Made by a program: the position numbers and the translations under genes. From an uncultured delta proteobacterium (GTDB lineage Bacteria; Myxococcota_A; UBA9160; UBA4427): 64,000 bases of DNA. A model generated the notes under the pieces. That model was not told the origin of the DNA, did not search any database, and was given only the letters and a program-made list of their open reading frames with translations. How positions within the stretch are numbered: position 1 is the stretch's first letter; each line of letters begins with the position of its first letter. The stretch spans positions 1 to 64,000 of the forward strand of contig CAWGJT010000006.1 of the NCBI GenBank assembly GCA_963822965.1, written 5' to 3'. Shown here piece by piece: positions 60,305-64,000 of this stretch.

Positions 60305-61783
60305 GTGATCGCGTTCTACGCGCTCGCCGTGTTGGCGCTGGGACGCCGCGCGGCCCGCGGACACGCGAGCGCCGCCGACCTGCTCGTCGGGCGACGCTCG
60401 GTTCCCACCTGGGCCGTGCTCGGCTCCATGGTGGCCACCGAGCTCTCGGCCGCGACCTTCCTCGGCGTACCCGACGCCGCCTACCAGGGCAGCTGGTCGT
60501 ATCTCGAGCTGGCCTTCGGGGCCCTGCTGGGGAAGGCGGTGATCTCCCTGCGTGTCGTCCCGCTGTATCACCGGCTGGGCGTCGTCAGCATCTACCAGCT
60601 GCTGGAGCTTCGCTTCGGCCCCGCAGCCCAGCGCGCGGCGGCGTGGTGCTTCGTGGCAGGTCGGCTGCTGGCCTCGGGCGTGCGTCTCTTCATCGCCGCG
60701 CTCGCCTTCTCGGTCGCCACGGGAACCGACGTCACCCTGGCCATCGTCGCCTGCGGCGCGATCGCCGGGATCTATACGCGCGCGGGAGGCATCCGCTCGG
60801 TGATCTGGACCGACGTCCTGCAGGCGGCGGTGTTCCTGGCCGGTGCCCTCGCGCTGCTGGCGGCCGCCATCGGAAACGTGCCGGGCGGTCTCGGCGAGGT
60901 CCTCGACTGGGCCGGTGACGGCGGACGCAGCCGCATCTTCACCTTCTCGCCGCTGTTCACCTGGGGCGACAGCCGGGGCTTCGGCACGGCGCTCGTCGCC
61001 GGATTCTTCCTGACCCTCGCCACCCACGGCACCGACTTCGACATGGTGCAGCGACTGCTGGCCGCACGCGGCGGGCGCGCCGGGGGCACGGCGCTCTTCG
61101 GCTCCGCGCTGCTCAACTTTCCGCTCACCGCGCTCTTCCTGCTGGTGGGAACGGCCATCGCCGCCCAGCACGCCGCGGCGCCGCCCGAGGTGCTGCCCGA
61201 GGCGGGCCGCGTGGTGCCCGCGTTCGCCATGCAGGCCCTGCCGGACGGACTGCGCGGGCTGGTGTTCGCGGGCCTGCTCGCCGCGGCCATGTCGAGCCTC
61301 GACTCGGCAATCTGCGCCATCGCCACCAGTCTCACGGTGGACCTGGCACGAGAAGAGGCCTCGGACGAGCGCCTCGCCGCGCGCACGCGCCGGGCGTCGG
61401 TGGCGGTGACGGCGGCGCTGGTGGTGTCCGCCCTGGGCATGGCGGCGTACCACGCGGCGTTGCAGACCGGGACGGGCGGCGCGGCGCGGCTGGGTCTCGT
61501 CGAGTTCGCCCTCTCGGCGATGACCATCCTCTACGGCGGGCTGCTCGGCGTCTTCGCCGTGGCGGTGCTGCTACCGGGTGCGGGCAGCGAGCGGAGCGCC
61601 GTGGCGGGCCTCGCGGCCGGCGCAGCCGCCGGGCTCGCGCTCTTCCTGCACCCGTTGGTGCTCGGCGAGACGTGGCTCGCCTGGACCTGGTGGATTCCGG
61701 TGAGCAGCACCCTCGCCGCACTCGTCACCCTGCTCGCCGCGCGGGCGCCCACCGGCCGTCTCGCGCGAGCCGGTCTGGGATAG
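60305..61783 (+). CDS. Sodium:solute symporter family transporter (start likely slightly upstream)
   Basis: SMVATELSAATFLG, SIYQLLELRFG, GGIRSVIWTDVLQ, VQRLL, AAMSSLDS. Confidence 0.92.
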   Translation: MIAFYALAVLALGRRAARGHASAADLLVGRRSVPTWAVLGSMVATELSAATFLGVPDAAYQGSWSYLELAFGALLGKAVISLRVVPLYHRLGVVSIYQLLELRFGPAAQRAAAWCFVAGRLLASGVRLFIAALAFSVATGTDVTLAIVACGAIAGIYTRAGGIRSVIWTDVLQAAVFLAGALALLAAAIGNVPGGLGEVLDWAGDGGRSRIFTFSPLFTWGDSRGFGTALVAGFFLTLATHGTDFDMVQRLLAARGGRAGGTALFGSALLNFPLTALFLLVGTAIAAQHAAAPPEVLPEAGRVVPAFAMQALPDGLRGLVFAGLLAAAMSSLDSAICAIATSLTVDLAREEASDERLAARTRRASVAVTAALVVSALGMAAYHAALQTGTGGAARLGLVEFALSAMTILYGGLLGVFAVAVLLPGAGSERSAVAGLAAGAAAGLALFLHPLVLGETWLAWTWWIPVSSTLAALVTLLAARAPTGRLARAGLG

Positions 61784-61852
61784 AGTCGCGGAGCCGCACG
61801 GCGGCTGGAGTCGCGGAGCCGCAAGGCGAGCCCGTCGGTCGGGGAGGAGATC

Positions 61853-62821
61853 GTGCAGGACGGAAACCGTCGGGCCATCCTGGCCGCGCTCGCCGCGAAC
61901 CTCGGGCTCGCGGCCGCAAAGCTCTTCGGTTGGGCCGTCACGGGTGCAGCATCGATGCTCGCGGAGGCCGTCCACTCGTTCGCCGACACCGGGAACCAGG
62001 CGCTGCTGCTGTGGGGAGGAGCCTCGGCGCGGAGGCCCGCCACCGAGGACCACCCGTTCGGGTTCGCACGCGAGCGGTACTTCTGGTCGTTCGTCGTCGC
62101 GCTGGTGATCTTCTCCCTGGGCTCGCTGTTCGCGATCTACGAAGGCGTGAGCAAGCTCGTCCACCCCCACGAGCTCGAGAGCCCGTCGTGGGCAGTCGGC
62201 ATCCTGCTGTTGGGCATCGCCATGGAGAGCTTCTCGTTCCGGACGGCGGTGGTCGAGGCCCGACAGCAGAAGCACACCCGGGGCTGGTGGAACTTCATTC
62301 GCAACACGAAGAGCCCCGAGCTTCCCGTGGTCCTGCTCGAGGATCTGGGCGCGCTGGTGGGACTGGCCATGGCGCTCCTCGGCGTGAGCCTGGCCGCCGC
62401 CACCGGCGAGCCGCGCTTCGACGCCCTGGGCAGCGTCTCGATCGGCGCCCTGCTGGCCGCGATCGCGATCGTGCTCGCGATGGAGATGCGCAGCCTGCTG
62501 ATCGGCGAAGCCGCCTCGCCGGAAGACCGGCGCGCCATCCGCACGGCCCTGCAGGAGACCGAGCAGGTGGAGCGGGTGATCCACATGCGCACCCAGCACT
62601 TCGGACCCGATCAGCTGCTGGTGGCGCTCAAGGTCCAGTTCGACTCGACGCTCTCGATGCGGGGCCTGGCGGACGCCATCGACCGGGCCGAGCGCTGCAT
62701 CCGCGAGCGCGTACCCGCCGCGCGTCTCATCTTCATCGAGCCCGACATCTATCGCGAAGGCGAGCCGTCCGTGGGCGCCAACCCGGCGTTGGCGGATACG
62801 ACGCCGGCTTCGCGGCGCTGA
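61853..62821 (+). CDS. Cation diffusion facilitator transporter
   Basis: MLAEAVHSFADTGNQ, HPFGFARERYFW, VVLLED, IFIEPD. Confidence 0.93.
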   Translation: MQDGNRRAILAALAANLGLAAAKLFGWAVTGAASMLAEAVHSFADTGNQALLLWGGASARRPATEDHPFGFARERYFWSFVVALVIFSLGSLFAIYEGVSKLVHPHELESPSWAVGILLLGIAMESFSFRTAVVEARQQKHTRGWWNFIRNTKSPELPVVLLEDLGALVGLAMALLGVSLAAATGEPRFDALGSVSIGALLAAIAIVLAMEMRSLLIGEAASPEDRRAIRTALQETEQVERVIHMRTQHFGPDQLLVALKVQFDSTLSMRGLADAIDRAERCIRERVPAARLIFIEPDIYREGEPSVGANPALADTTPASRR

Positions 62822-64000
62822 GCCCCGGCCTCGACGCGCGCACCCGCCAGCAGATCGCGGCCGTCGAGGTCTGCCGGCACGGCCACGCCGAGGCGCGCGG
62901 CCAGGGTGGGCGCCAGGTCGATGGTCCGTGCCGGCCCCGGGACGCGGCCCGCCGCGAAGCCGGGCCCCCAGAAGACGAGCGGCACGTCGCGGTCATAGTC
63001 GTACGGGCTGCCGTGGGAGGTTCCGTCTCCGTCGAAGTCCGCCAGGCAGGTGGGCTCGAACTGCACGAAGAGGTCTCCGCTGCGCTCGGGGTCGAGGGAG
63101 TTGCGATAGAGACGGGCCAGCTCGCTCCGTCCCTCCACCACCTCGCGCCGGGTCCAGGCTGCGCGCACGGCGGGCTGCGCCTCGAGCCAGCGCTCCGCCA
63201 CGGCGACCACCTGGTCGACCGGAACGCCGCGGTCCCGAGCCAGCGCCCGGTCCACGGTGAGCTCGCTCGCGACGTTCAGCCACGGACGCGGCCAGGAGAA
63301 CGGCGACAGCTCGAAGTGAAGCTTCGCGTAGAGGCGCAGGATCAGGGACACGAGGCCCACCCGCCCGCCGTCCACCGGACACTCGAGCGCACCGGTCTCC
63401 GCCAGTCGCTCGGGCAGAGGCAGCACGCCGTGGTCGGCGCTGAGCGCCACCAGCAGCCCACCGGGTCCGACGCGCGCCTCGGCCCCGGCGAGGAATTCGC
63501 CCAACGCCGCGTCGAGACGCAGCAGGGCGTCGCGCGCCTCCAGGCTTCCGGGGCCGTAGGCGTGGCCGACGGTGTCCGTCGCCGACAGCGAGATGGCCAG
63601 CAGGTCGGGGGCGTCGTGTCGGCCCAGGTCTTCCGACTCGACGAGGGTGCGCGCGAAGTCGAGGGTCAGCAGGTCGACGAAGGGAGAGTGGTAGACGTCG
63701 TCGGCCTGCTCCTCGGGATCGTCGTCGTGCAGCGGGTGCGGGCTCGTGCGGCTGCGCTCGTCCGATTCGCCCGGGTAGTCGTCGACGCGCGGCGGCGTGC
63801 CGCCGGCGGGCTCGCTCGAGTGGATCCACTGGTCCGGGACGCGCGCCGCCAGACCCGGCGCGTTCCAGGCCGTCACCCAGCCCGGGAGCGCGCCCGCGTA
63901 GTAGCGGCTCGTCGTAAAGCCCGGCCACACCGTCTCCGCGTCCAGGCGGCCGTCCGGTCCCGCGCGGAGCGCGCCGTCCTTCTGCAGCCAGTACACCCCG
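62749..64000 (-). CDS. Alkaline phosphatase superfamily protein (PafA/NPP-like), 5' end outside the window
   Basis: PDLLAISLSATDTVGHAYGP, LSADHG, SHGSPYDYDRDVPL. Confidence 0.9.
   Translation of the reverse strand, partial: GVYWLQKDGALRAGPDGRLDAETVWPGFTTSRYYAGALPGWVTAWNAPGLAARVPDQWIHSSEPAGGTPPRVDDYPGESDERSRTSPHPLHDDDPEEQADDVYHSPFVDLLTLDFARTLVESEDLGRHDAPDLLAISLSATDTVGHAYGPGSLEARDALLRLDAALGEFLAGAEARVGPGGLLVALSADHGVLPLPERLAETGALECPVDGGRVGLVSLILRLYAKLHFELSPFSWPRPWLNVASELTVDRALARDRGVPVDQVVAVAERWLEAQPAVRAAWTRREVVEGRSELARLYRNSLDPERSGDLFVQFEPTCLADFDGDGTSHGSPYDYDRDVPLVFWGPGFAAGRVPGPARTIDLAPTLAARLGVAVPADLDGRDLLAGARVEAGAQRREAGVVSANAGLAPTDGSPSR

Noticed and set aside
62749..62821. Convergent 3' overlaps (also 23733-23745 and 56811-56821) as antisense regulation
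   Set aside because: Short stop-region overlaps are common in high-GC genomes, and indels could have shifted the stops

Overview
GC-rich (by eye about 70%) bacterial sequence. Gene content (DUF4388-like/DnaJ/TPR protein, DUF4124 proteins, PEP-CTERM-type protein, lpt-rpoN-PTS-metK order) suggests Myxococcota or a related deltaproteobacterial lineage; this is inference. Many conserved genes carry 1-nt indels, typical of unpolished long reads. The window has two parts. (1) Bases 1 to ~4687 are an integron: intI (98-1065) is followed downstream and on the same strand by a candidate attI and Pc and five gene cassettes. These are delimited by four complete, mutually related attC sites and one cut-off attC, which is the uncommon co-oriented integrase layout. 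(2) Bases ~4736-64000 are ordinary chromosome: GST, Tat-sulfatase, tRNA-Glu, a degenerate AAA protein, rfbB, a REC-HD-GYP / V4R-STAS / DnaJ-TPR cluster, peptidases, a mobA + NAD-linked formate dehydrogenase operon, a triple-repeat PEP-CTERM protein, comEC, uvrBC, cysS, ispDF, TolC, bactofilin, secDF-yajC, SpoIID, metK, a reduced PTS/rpoN/lptCAB cluster, trkH, ilvBN and transporters. The two parts meet at 4688-4735, which holds back-to-back matches to the Oxford Nanopore adapter. The linkage of the integron to the rest of the window is therefore probably a chimeric-read artefact.
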